Positions 49,977-61,199 of a stretch of DNA of 64,000 nucleotides are shown piece after piece (the first letter of the stretch is position 1; each line of letters starts with the position of its first letter). The notes beneath the pieces were generated by a model that ran no database searches, had not been told where the DNA came from, and was given only the letters and a program-made list of their open reading frames with translations. Both the position numbers and the translations under genes were made by a program. This DNA is from Podospora anserina (lineage: Eukaryota), in the NCBI GenBank assembly GCA_017654855.1, contig CM030333.1, forward strand, positions 1,488,001 to 1,552,000, read 5' to 3'.

Positions 49977-52157
49977 ATGTCCAAGGTCACCGTCGTGAAG
50001 GAGGCCGTCAAAGAGACGCTGGTTGGGTCAACAGAACCACAAGAGCTCTCGGCCCAGACCAAGGCGCGCTTCATTAAGCATGCCATCAAGGAAGATGGCG
50101 CCGAGCCCTACCTCGGCCCCGACGAGTTCATCAACGCTGTTGCCCCTCCGTCGGAGGATTACGTGAGTCCTTTCTGCACTGGCTGGCGCATTGTCCAGTC
50201 CAGCACCTTTTCTGACGTGTGATCTTTATATATAAAATAGCACAAGATCAAGCGGGAACAGTACTCGATCCTGTTCCATGTTGCCGACCGATCGAACAAG
50301 GGCAAGGTGACGCTCGCCGACTGGGGTTACTTTGAGAACCTTCTCACCAAGCCCGATGCCGAATATGAGATCGCCTTCCGCCTCTTCGACATTGAGCGCC
50401 TCGGGAAGGTCAAGTACGAGGACTTCCGCAGGCTGTACGAGCTGAACAAGGGGCCGGATAGCATCCCATTCGACTGGGAGTGTGACTGGGCAAAGCTTTA
50501 CATCGGTAGCAAGGCGAAACACAGCATGGACTACCAGCAGTTCTCGCAAATGCTGCGCGGTCTGCAGGGTGAGCGTGTCCGCCAGGCTTTCCAGCATCTG
50601 GACAAGGACGGCGATGGCTACATCGAGCCCGAGGAGTTTGAGCGCATCATCAAGGAAACCGCGAGTCATAAGCTCTCGGACTACCTCCTCGAGAACCTGA
50701 GCACTCTGTGCAACATTTCTCAGGGTTCCAAGATTTCCTACGCCAACGTACGAGCTTTCCAGAACATGATCCACGAGATGGACCTCGTCGAACTCATCAT
50801 CCGCCGTGCTTGCGCCAAGAGCACCGACGGCAAGATCACCAGGACCGAGTTCCTCAACCAGGCCGCCAAGATCACCCGCTTCTCGCTCTTCACCCCGATG
50901 GAGGCCGATATCCTCTTCCACTTCGCCAGCCTTGATGAGCCATCTGGCCGTCTTGGCCTGAAGGACTTCAAGAAGGTGCTCGACCCATCATGGAGGAGTA
51001 GACAAGGAGATGAGGATGCCGTCCGTGCCGTCACCGAGACCACCAGGTCGGCCGGCCAAAAGTTCCTCGCCCAGGGTCTCGAGTCCGCCTACGGCTTCGC
51101 TCTCGGCAGTATCGCCGGTGCTTTTGGTGCCTTCATGGTGTACCCCATCGATCTCGTCAAGACTCGCATGCAGAACCAGAGAGGTGCCAACCCCGGCCAG
51201 AGGCTGTACAACAACTCGATCGACTGCTTCAAAAAGGTCATCCGCAACGAGGGTTTCCGCGGTCTGTACTCTGGTGTCCTCCCACAGCTTGTTGGTGTTG
51301 CCCCAGAAAAGGCCATCAAGCTGACCGTCAACGATCTCGTTCGTGGATGGTTCACCACTAAGGATAAGCAGATCTGGTGGGGCCACGAGGTCATCGCCGG
51401 TGGTGCTGCCGGTGGTTGCCAGGTCGTTTTCACCAACCCTCTCGAGATTGTCAAGATTCGTCTTCAGGTTCAGGGTGAGGTCGCCAAGTCGCTCGAGGGT
51501 GCTCCTAGACGGTCGGCCATGTGGATCATCCGCAACCTTGGTCTCGTCGGTCTGTACAAGGGCGCTTCCGCCTGCCTGCTCCGCGATGTGCCATTCTCGG
51601 CCATCTACTTCCCAACCTACTCCCACCTGAAGAAGGACCTCTTTGGCGAGTCCCAGACCAAGAAGCTCGGTATTCTTCAGCTCCTCACTGCCGGTGCCAT
51701 CGCCGGTATGCCCGCCGCCTATCTCACCACCCCATGCGACGTCATCAAGACCCGTCTCCAGGTCGAGGCCCGCAAGGGCGACACCCAGTACACCGGCCTC
51801 CGCCACGCCGCCAAGACCATCTGGAAGGAGGAGGGCTTCCGTGCCTTCTTCAAGGGCGGTCCTGCCAGAATCATGCGTTCGTCGCCACAGTTCGGTTTCA
51901 CTCTTGCCGCGTACGAGTTGCTCCAGACGGCCTTCCCCTTCCCTGGCAAGGGCAAGGCCGAGGTGGCGACTGGTGTTGCGGACGTTGTGCAGACGCTCAA
52001 AGAGAAGCACCCTGACAGCCCATTCTACCGGTCGAGAAACGCGCTCAAGATTCTGTTGGATCTGGATGAGAACTTTGGACGTGCGCCGTTGGGGGTGAAT
52101 GCGAAGGGGTGGCAGACGCTGCCTGGGTGGATGCAGAACCCGGTGAAGAGCTCGTAA
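49977..52157 (+). CDS. AGC1: Mitochondrial aspartate/glutamate carrier with EF-hands (aralar/citrin-like); intron 50163-50240
   Basis: EF-hand DKDGDGYIEPEE; carrier motifs PIDLVKTRMQ, PLEIVKIRLQ, PCDVIKTRLQ; GVAPEKAIKLTVND. Confidence 0.96.
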
Positions 52158-54199
52158 AGAGGGAAAGGAAAAACAGGGGGGGGAAGGGAGAGAGAGGTTA
52201 AATGGCTGGGTTTGGGGGGTCAGGGTGGTATTAAGTTTCGGCCGGTTCGTTGTTTATAAGCGCGAAGGACGCGGACGGGTGGACGGACGGCCCTTTCGGC
52301 AATGGGGAAAGGTGTTGTGGGGGGTGGAGAGTCCGGCAATGGGGTTCGGAGGTCCTGTCCACCTCACCTAACCCATTCCGCCGCCAACGGGGGGACCCAC
52401 TGCTGACTTGTGTCGGAGCGCATCATGATGTCAAGTCATGGTGTTGGGATGGATTTCTTTGATGTCCTTCTTCGTTTCTCTATCATTGAGAGTTTTGAAG
52501 AGGGATTATCTACCGCCGACGACCCATGCGGGGTCAACAAAGACCCTGCCACCACCACCCCCTCCGTTCTTTGACAATTGAGCCTGATGAAGGAGGAGGG
52601 CCGGGTATTTTTTTTTCACGAAAAAGCCCGATTTGCATTTTGCATTTCCATGTGCATTTTATTTCTTCTTCTTCTTCTTCTTCTTCGTCAGCGGCAGACT
52701 AGGCGGCAGGCAGGCGTTTGGGTGGTTATTTAATCTTGTCTGGGTGGCAGCAAAAATTGTTCCTTTTTCTTTTGTATTTTTTTTTCATTTTCTCTTGTTG
52801 ATATTTTGTCGCGCGATGTGTTTTTGTATGAGATGAATGAAAAATATCCTGGCTTTTTTTGCTTGTTGCTGTGTGCTACGTTTGAGAGAAAAAAAAAGGG
52901 GGGAAAGACACTGAAAGTTAGATGGATGGATGGATGGATGGATGAAGGGCTGGCTAGACTTTTTGGTTCTGGGAGTTGGGATTTATACAGTAGGTGTATT
53001 GTAGATATCGATACAACAACGAGACAGACAGACTAGACTAGAGAGACTAGATGGGGGTTGGGGGGTAGATGTGGTAGATTAGAGAGAGGGAAGATAGAAT
53101 TGATGATGGTTTTTTGAGATGTTGTACAGGTAGCTAGTTGGTTGATGGGTAGTAGAGTAGGTGGCTAGTGGTGTTATGCAGGATGAAATGCAAAAACAGA
53201 TCGGTCATGTACCCCAGGGGAATATCACATGCTGCTGCTGTCGTGGCGGTCTGATTGAGGTTGAGAGAGGGTTGAGACATTCTGGGCCGGGACGCTGCCG
53301 GGGTCGCTTCCGGGGTGTCGGGGACTGACCGGGGGGGGTCAGACAAGACAAAACATGTGCCGTGTGGGTGGGGGGGCTCGGAGGGTTGAAGAGACGGCAT
53401 TCCGATATCAGCAATGTTGATTATTGTGGTATTTTGTTGTTATGGATCGAGAATACGACAGTTGTGATTATTGGGGTGTTTTGGAGGCCGATCCAGATGT
53501 TTGTTTAACACACCTCATCCTTCTGGAAGTAGATGGGGGTGGGGGTCAGAGCCCAGAGCTGCGTCCCCGGTCACCGCCATCCGTAACCCCCGGAAGCTTG
53601 GGCGGCCCCGGCATTGGTGAGTTGTCGTCGGTTGGGAGGTTGGTGGGTTGACTATCATCTGCGGGAGCGGCACACCGGGGGTCACTCTGTTGGTGAGTGA
53701 ATGAATTTGGATGATGAGATCAGATCAATGGTTTGTTCTGGATTGGGCGTTGGTCTGATGATGCACACTTGGAGGGTTCACGAAGCCGCCACACACCACT
53801 TTGGTCGTGGTTTCTACAAATGAAATGTTGCCATTCCCGCCATGGGGGCGAAAGGAGGTGTGGCGCTGGGGGTGAGCAAGCCCCGGTCGGCCAGTGAGGT
53901 TGTCCAGGGTGAGCCTCATCCTCACCGCTGCTGGTATGAATCCCTAAATGGTGTTAGTATAGCTGTGTCTTTGTTGGTATAAGGGGAGGGGGAGAAGGGG
54001 GTGATGTACATCTGGGCCGGGCCGCAATCTTTTTGTTGCTCTTCTTTGATCGATTTTTGAGAGTGGTGTTGTTCTCGTTGGTTGATTTTTCCGAACAAGT
54101 GCGAGAGAGGTGTATCACTGATCGTATATCAACGTCACCATACATTTTACATCCATCCCAACTTAACCTTGTTATCAACAGCATTTATCTCAAATCAAA

Positions 54200-55180
54200 A
54201 TGGCAACCACCACCACCACCACCACTACCACCATCACCGCCGCCACCGTTACAACAGCAACAATGCCACTCCTCCTAAGCATCACCACCACCCCACCACC
54301 ACCACCACCACCAAAACCAAAAATTTCCCTCCTGTCACTACCACTGGAGCTCAGACTAGAAATCTACACCCACCTCCTCCACCTACCACTCCCCCCACAC
54401 TCAGGCGAGGAATCACCCCCTTATCGATCAACAACCCCCCCTCTGTCAACCTTTGCCGAAAAACCAAAAATCTGGACAGCGATTTTATACGTCTCCCGAC
54501 AAATCTACATCGAGAGTCACCCCCTCTTGTACAAGTCAAACACCTTCTCCGCCCACCCCACCCTCCTCACCAGCTCCCCTACTTTGTATCCTTCCTCCAA
54601 GGCATATAAAACCCCCCTTGCGACCCCCCTCCCACCACCACCACCACCACCACCATCAACAACAACAACAACAACAGCAACAGCAACAACAGCAACAACA
54701 GCAACAACAGCAACAACAACAACAGCAACACCCCAACAAGACCGACCATTCACCCCCCCATCCCAATCCCAGAACATCATCACAATCCCTTTATCCCCCT
54801 TCATCTCCGCCCCGACAAACCCCCCCTCTATATCACCTGCCTACATCCCCCTGATAAGGAAATGGAGGCTTCGGATAAAACTGGACAGTCCAGCTCCGTG
54901 GTCTGAGGATCTGGTGAGGGAGGTGTTCACGGGAGTGGGGGAGTTGACGTTGGATGTGTGGCAGAGTTCTTTTTGGGGTGGGGTGGGTGTTAGAACACTA
55001 AAAGGGTTTGAAGGGGTGAGGGGGGTGGGGAGGGTGAGGGTTAGGGGGATGTTGGGTGGGTTTGAGGGCTACCGGGGGTGGCTGGAGGGGATCATGGGGG
55101 AGGGGGTTGGGGTTCGGGAGGGGGAGGTATATGAAGGGAGGGATGAGGAGGAGGGGAGGAGGTTGAGGGGGTGGAGTTGA
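54200..55180 (+). CDS. Hypothetical fungal protein with F-box-like motif and T/P tracts
   Basis: LLSLPLELRLEIYTHLL and ILYVSRQIYIESHPLLYKSNTF motifs; ATG in AAAATGG context. Confidence 0.75.
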   Translation: MATTTTTTTTTITAATVTTATMPLLLSITTTPPPPPPPKPKISLLSLPLELRLEIYTHLLHLPLPPHSGEESPPYRSTTPPLSTFAEKPKIWTAILYVSRQIYIESHPLLYKSNTFSAHPTLLTSSPTLYPSSKAYKTPLATPLPPPPPPPPSTTTTTTATATTATTATTATTTTATPQQDRPFTPPSQSQNIITIPLSPFISAPTNPPSISPAYIPLIRKWRLRIKLDSPAPWSEDLVREVFTGVGELTLDVWQSSFWGGVGVRTLKGFEGVRGVGRVRVRGMLGGFEGYRGWLEGIMGEGVGVREGEVYEGRDEEEGRRLRGWS

Positions 55181-55376
55181 CTTGTCAAAGGGGGATGGCT
55201 TTGAGGGGAGGGGACAGCGTTGAGGGCCTCATCGGACATGGCAACGGTTGACTTTGATGGCGCCTTCACCGAGCCACGGCAAAGTGCGGGCGTCACTAGG
55301 TCATTGTGGAAAGGCGGGATTAACTTTAACTTCAAGTACACGTATTCAGCTTTTTTGGAATCTACCATCTTTTTAA

Positions 55377-56439
55377 TTCTTCCAACCTCTCTCCAACATC
55401 GGCGAAAGGTTTGATCGGCTCCAAGAGCTGCGGGCCCGGGACGAGCTGCCTGATGAGGTGTATCTCGAGGGCCGGGACAACGTCCACGAGGAGAACCGGC
55501 GGTTGAACGAAATCAAAAGAGGGATCAAACAATCCTGGAAGGAGATGCTCTGGATCAGGGAGGATATGGAAAGGGAGATTGGGCACCTGGAAGGACTACG
55601 ACTGCCGCAATGGACACCCGAGGTGCCGGCGGACTCGAGTGATGGGACGACGAATGCTGCCCCTCCCACATTTTGCACACCGGAGTGTCTCCTGGGGCTG
55701 GAGCCAGGCAGCAAGCCGGATTTGGATGTGAACTGCCCCAATGTCGGCAGCCATCAAAGAGGACTGAGCGGGAAGCATCGGGTTCTCAGGGTACAGTTGG
55801 GTCAGCTTGTCAGGGACCAGCTGCGGCGAGAGCAGAACAATGACAAGAACTTGTGGTTTTGCGGGGACGGCCTGCCGGGACAGCCAGGAAAAAGCAGGCT
55901 GGGCTGGCTTACGCTTCAACCGCATGGCTACACTTTTATGGTGAAGGGGTACAGCTACTGGTGGAAACGGCAGGCGAACCGCGAGATGGGTATGCACCAG
56001 GATTGATGGTTTCCACAACTGGAATGATAAACTGGAGAGGATGGTGCCGTTGTGCTTTGGTATGTTTGACTTGCCGGCTCCGTATCAGCTCGACACCAAA
56101 ACAGACGACGCAAACTGGCTGCTGGGGGATAATATCGGGTACATCTTATTGTTCTCTTCTGGAGCGGTTGCTGGACCAAAGACATGCTCTCCAAGCTTGG
56201 AGCTCAACGAGGACATGGCAAACAAACGATTAGAAACGTCCATCATGGGGCAGTATTGGATCCGATTCCCCAAGGGCCAGGAGGGATTGCCTGCTGTGTG
56301 GAAGAAGGGGCGGCTGATGTCGATTGGCCTCGACGAGGGAGAGGTGGCTGAATGGAGGAAGCATCTGGGGGAAAAGTTGGAAGGATCAAAACGATCGTCA
56401 AGAAAAAGGTCAGTGGAGGTACACGGCGAGGTTGGCTGA
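55377..56439 (+). pseudogene. Spok (spore killer)-family relic: Cys cluster plus degenerate kinase-like domain, frameshift near 56000
   Basis: FCTPECLLGL..DLDVNCPNVGSH, LVRDQL and LTLQPHGYTFMVKG in one frame; VPLCFGMFDLPAPY..YILLFS in the +1 frame; no ATG at the start of the open frame. Confidence 0.7.
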
Positions 56440-56643
56440 ATGTCAACACAGGAAACACAACTACCCTAACCCTTAAAGTTGTGCACGTGCATGTACACGT
56501 GCAGGTGCACAGGTGCAGCACAACACACGGCACGCTGTCTGACGCAATGACCCACTCTTTGTGCCTGTCCATCGAGGTTCTCTTTCATTTCCATTGAACA
56601 TCGCGGTTGCATCGGCATCGGGTGCCAGTGTCCTCCCGTCACC

Positions 56644-57486
56644 ATGTCTCTCCTCGAGTTCCTCTCGTCCGTCTTTGGCTGGATCTACTTCATCTGCTGG
56701 TCCCTCTCGTTCTACCCGCAGTCCATGCTCAACTTCAGCCGAAAATCCACCTCTGGTACCACGGTCGACTTCCCCCTGATCAACTGCCTGGGCTTCCTGT
56801 CTTATGCAATCTCCAACTACGCCTTCTACTACAGCCCCCTCATCCGCGCCCAGTACGCCTCCCGCTACCACGGTCTGACCCCCACCGTCCAGTTCAACGA
56901 CATCACCTTCGCCCTCCACGGCCTGCTGCTCAGCATCATCACCACTTCCCAGTACCTCTCCCCCCGCCTCTGGTCCTTCACCCCCTCCAAAGGCAACAAA
57001 CCCTCCCGCTTCATCCTCGGTATCATCCTCGGCTGCATCGTCGGCGTCATCTTTGTCATCTTTATCGTGCTGTCCTCCCCGGAGAGGAGCGACCCATCTG
57101 GAGGCGGCCATGGCTGGGTGTGGCTTGACGCGATCTACGCCATCAGCTATGTGAAGCTCATTGTGACACTCATAAAATACACGCCGCAGGTGCTGGTGAA
57201 TTATCGGAATAAGAGCACAAAGGGATGGAGTATTGTGCAGATCTTGTTGGATTTTACGGGGGGTGTGTTGAGTATTGGACAGCAGGGGATTGATAGCTGG
57301 TTGCAGGGGGATTGGAGCGGGATTACGGGGAACCCGGTCAAGTTTGCGCTGGGGAATGTGAGTATGATGTATGATGCCGTTTTTATCACGCAGCATTATG
57401 TGTTATACAAGGGGGCGGACGGGAAGGATGGGGAGGGGGAGGGGCTGTTAGGGGAGGGGAGGGACGAGGAGAGGAGGATCGAGTAG
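56644..57486 (+). CDS. Cystinosin/ERS1 PQ-loop vacuolar cystine transporter
   Basis: GWIYFICWSLSFYPQ, VQFNDITFALHG, KYTPQV..NYRNKSTKGWSI, NPVKFALG. Confidence 0.93.
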   Translation: MSLLEFLSSVFGWIYFICWSLSFYPQSMLNFSRKSTSGTTVDFPLINCLGFLSYAISNYAFYYSPLIRAQYASRYHGLTPTVQFNDITFALHGLLLSIITTSQYLSPRLWSFTPSKGNKPSRFILGIILGCIVGVIFVIFIVLSSPERSDPSGGGHGWVWLDAIYAISYVKLIVTLIKYTPQVLVNYRNKSTKGWSIVQILLDFTGGVLSIGQQGIDSWLQGDWSGITGNPVKFALGNVSMMYDAVFITQHYVLYKGADGKDGEGEGLLGEGRDEERRIE

Positions 57487-58302
57487 GGCTGTGGTAGAAA
57501 GATGCTGCCTCGAGGCGGCTGGGATATACCTTATGGCGGCTGAGATGCCCTGGGCTGGTCCTTTGGGGCAGATGGAGGTTCGGGTGGTGCCGTTCAGAGA
57601 CATGGTAGACCTAGACGGTCTGGAGTTTGGGTAAACAGTGGGAACGGGTCTTTCAGGATGCTAGATGGGGGAGAGAGGGAGGAAGAGGCAATGGGGGAGA
57701 GAAGACACGATAAGATACCCATGATCTGTCAAAGCGAATACATAATTGCTCCGTTTGGCTTATTCACCACATAGGACATCTATCCAGCAGACTGGAGTGA
57801 CGCCCCACACAACAACCCTGTTTGGGGATGTGGTGGGTTATGAGAATTTAAGCATGAAAGAAGGTGAGGGCCAATATGGACAGGGTACTGGAGTTGTTGG
57901 AAGGTGGGTGGGTGTGGAGGGTGGTATGTATGTATACCGTGGTTGCTCCCTCTAGGCTGGCTAGCCTAGGGAGTGTTGACGCGTGCTGGTCGTTCACAGC
58001 TCGTCAGTCCAGCCCATGATCGAGGCCGCAGAGACTCTTAGTCTTCTTTGCTGTCACATTCTCGCCATGCTAAGGGTTCTCATGAACAGACCTGTCTCTC
58101 TACAGCGGCCAACAGCTCTCATCAGGGATATTTCAACTACAGTATGATGACAGAAAAGCGAAACTCTTTATGATCATCCCCCTTTAAATCAAGAGCTCGC
58201 ACTCAGGTGATTAAATACTGTCATACTGTAAACACTCCAAGACAATGTATCCGTTCCGAATTATTGCATCCTATCCCCCCCCACTCAACTCCCCTCTATC
58301 CC

Positions 58303-59780
58303 TCACTGCAACTCCCTAACCTCCCCATCCCCCCTCTCAGTAGGCAGTTCTGCCCCCCGACCAGGCACGTACCCCCCCTGCTGCGCCCCCTGCTGTCCAT
58401 AAGGGTTATAAACCGGCGGCCCCCCAAACTGCTGTTGCTGCTGCCCGAACTGCTGCTGCGGAGGCGTCACCGGGTTCAAGTTATTATACCCCTGCCCACC
58501 AAACTGCCCCTGATCCTGTTGTCCCCCAAACTGTTGCTGTCCCTGCCCAAACTGTCCCTGCCCAAACTGCCCCTGCCCAAACTGCCCCGGCTGTTGATTC
58601 TGAAAAGCATACCCCCCCGGCGGCGGCGGACTAGGCGTCCCATGCCCCTCGAAACCCGGACTGCTCTCCCCCCCCGCGGTGGTCGTGCTCATAAAGCTCG
58701 GCTTGACGACACTCCCCCTCGGATCCATCGGGCTGAATCCCTGCCCCCCACTGCCGGGATAATACTCGGAGATCTGGTTACTCGGGTGCTGGGAGTTGCT
58801 GAAGGAGAGGTGGGACGATGGTGGAGGTTGGGAATAGGACAGGTGACTTGATGGAGGGGGCGGACTAGTATGATTAACCTGTGCCACCGGGGGTTGGGGG
58901 TCAGGCGCGGGTCGGTTTCGGCGGTTTCTTCTGATCAAAAACCAGATTGCTAGACCGACGATGGCCAGGGCTGCGATTCCGCCTACTACCCCGCCGACTA
59001 TTGGGCCGATGGGGGTCGAAGGGGGGTTTTCTGGAGGGGGTGTGTTGGTGGGGGTGTTGGTTGAGGTGGTGGTGGTGGTAGTGGTTGTTGTTTCAGTGGT
59101 GGTGGAAGAGGAAGGGCCGGCTCGAGGGAGGACCGTGGCGTAGACCACATCTGATCCGGCTGCCACACCGCATCCCATGAGGGTATACGAATTCGGACCG
59201 TTCGCCAGATCAGCATAGATGTGCGTGAGGCAGTGGGGGTATTCCGTCTGGCCGCACCAGAGCGTGAAGCCGTTTCGGGTTGTGAAGAGGGAGCGGTCTG
59301 TCGAGTCGAGGCAGCGGGTGGGCACCGGGCAGTTGCTGGTTGTGGTGTCGCAGCAGCCGATGTGGGTGAGAAGGGCGTTGTAGTGGCAGGATTGGGTGAT
59401 GTCGCAGTAGAGGGGGATTGCTGGTGTTGTTAGCTGGACTGTTTCATTGATGACAGGAGAAAAGGGGCGTGTTTACAAGCCAAACCGCTGACGTATCCGC
59501 AAGTCGGTCCCTTGAGCTCCTCTTCGCTCGAGCTTCTGGTGCCGGTGACACTGATCTGTCTCTTCCCCTGTAACCTCAAGATAACCTCATCCGTCTTTGT
59601 CCCTTCTGGCGGCGAGGTCACAGTAGGCGAGATCCCCATCATGTAATCCTTATGATCACACCCAGTCTCCTTCGCCGGTTCCCACCGCGGCTCATTATCA
59701 CTTCCCCATTTGAGAGCTTTAGCATCTGCCAGCCCGGCCCAACCCAGCGCGAGGGCACCTTCAACAATTCTTCTTTTCAT
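58303..59780 (-). CDS. Single-pass membrane protein: signal peptide, Cys-rich ectodomain, S/T stalk, TM helix, Q/G-rich tail; intron 59421-59476
   Basis: Spliced ORF joins TCGYVSGLA/SIPLYC; TM IVGGVVGGIAALAIVGLAIWFLI followed by RRNRR. Confidence 0.85.
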
Positions 59781-61199
59781 CTTTGTTCCGCGTGAGCACC
59801 CAGCTAGGTTGTAAGCTCATAGAACAGCCAATACCACCTGCCGTCCACAGCGATATACCTCTCGCGTTCTGTAAACAAAACTGGCAAAAATCAACAACCA
59901 GTCAAACTACCCCCAATCCAGTTGAAACAAAAAACAAATCTCCCATCAACGGTCAAACCCGGCCACCCGGAACCTTTTTAACCACACTCCGAACAGCAAG
60001 GCTCAGCCCAATCCCCCCCCCCATATCCCAGTCCCATAACCCATGTCCATCCTACCACCGCATCCTTCAGCTGAAAGCAATATTGCATCTAACCCCCCTT
60101 CTCCCATTGGCCACCTCCCCCCCGCTCACCCACAAACCCACCCAACCACATCATCAAGTGGCTTCCTCTCTCTCTTTCTTGCAGCATTCTCTCCCGACTT
60201 TCCTCCCCACGAGTGAGACGGGAAATGCGGCACCGTTTTCCCACCATCTAACCAAACCTGTTCCCTTCGGTGGCGTTTCCTACTTGCACATCATCTCCCA
60301 CCCAAACGAGGCTGAGCCCTCCTAGCGTGCATCTCTGCGGTGTTGTCCCAGTCGCACCCCAAGCGGGGGGTCTTACCCTAACCGGGGTTTCTCTCTTTGC
60401 TCTCCAGCAAAAGTCCCCCCCAAACAAGCTTGTCCCGACGATCATTCCCCCCCCCCCAAGAAAGTAAGAAACAAGGCTTCGGTGGAGGAACATCTCGCCG
60501 ACCGGCACTCCCATATCACTCCCCACATCAGCAAAAGCTCAGCAAAACCTGATGAATCGGGCTTCCAGTGCGGAGTGCTAGAATGAGGTGACATTAGTTT
60601 ATTCAGGCCGTCTGTCGTGCAACCTACCCACCCACCACCCGGCTCAAAATGCAGGGGTAGGTGTGGGTGTGTGGCCGGCTGGCATGGTGATTTAGTCCAA
60701 TGCTCTCTCTCATGAGCAGGTGCGGGAGCGGGCAGTGGTTTTTGTTTCTCGTACGAATAGCATTGTTGATCTCGAACTGATGGCTTTTGAGACATGCATT
60801 GCATTTGTATCATCAGGCAAGGCAGACAACTCTCGTCTTCATCCCGTTAGATGGGTGTCTTCAGTGGGTTGGGGATATGTGTAAAATATTGGCACCACCA
60901 TGATGAGGCTCATCAAATCCAACCGTCACACACACACACACACACACACACACATGCAACAACCCCAAGACATCCCTCAACCCATTTCCCATACCACCAT
61001 CCATAATCAAAAAAAAAATTAAAAAAAAAAAAAGAAAAAAAAACGACACAAAAGTACACATTCGCTGACCTCGCCTCAAATCCAGACTCCGTGCCAGCCA
61101 GCAAAGCAACATTTGTGAGAGCAACACATCGGCCCCAAATAGTTCCCTTGTCTGAGGTAATTCCTTATTAAACTCCCCTTCCATCCTCTGACATAACCC

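Noticed and set aside
55990-56040. Intron that would repair the Spok-like frameshift
   Set aside because: A GTATGC donor exists, but there is no good branch site and the nearby AGs give the wrong frame.
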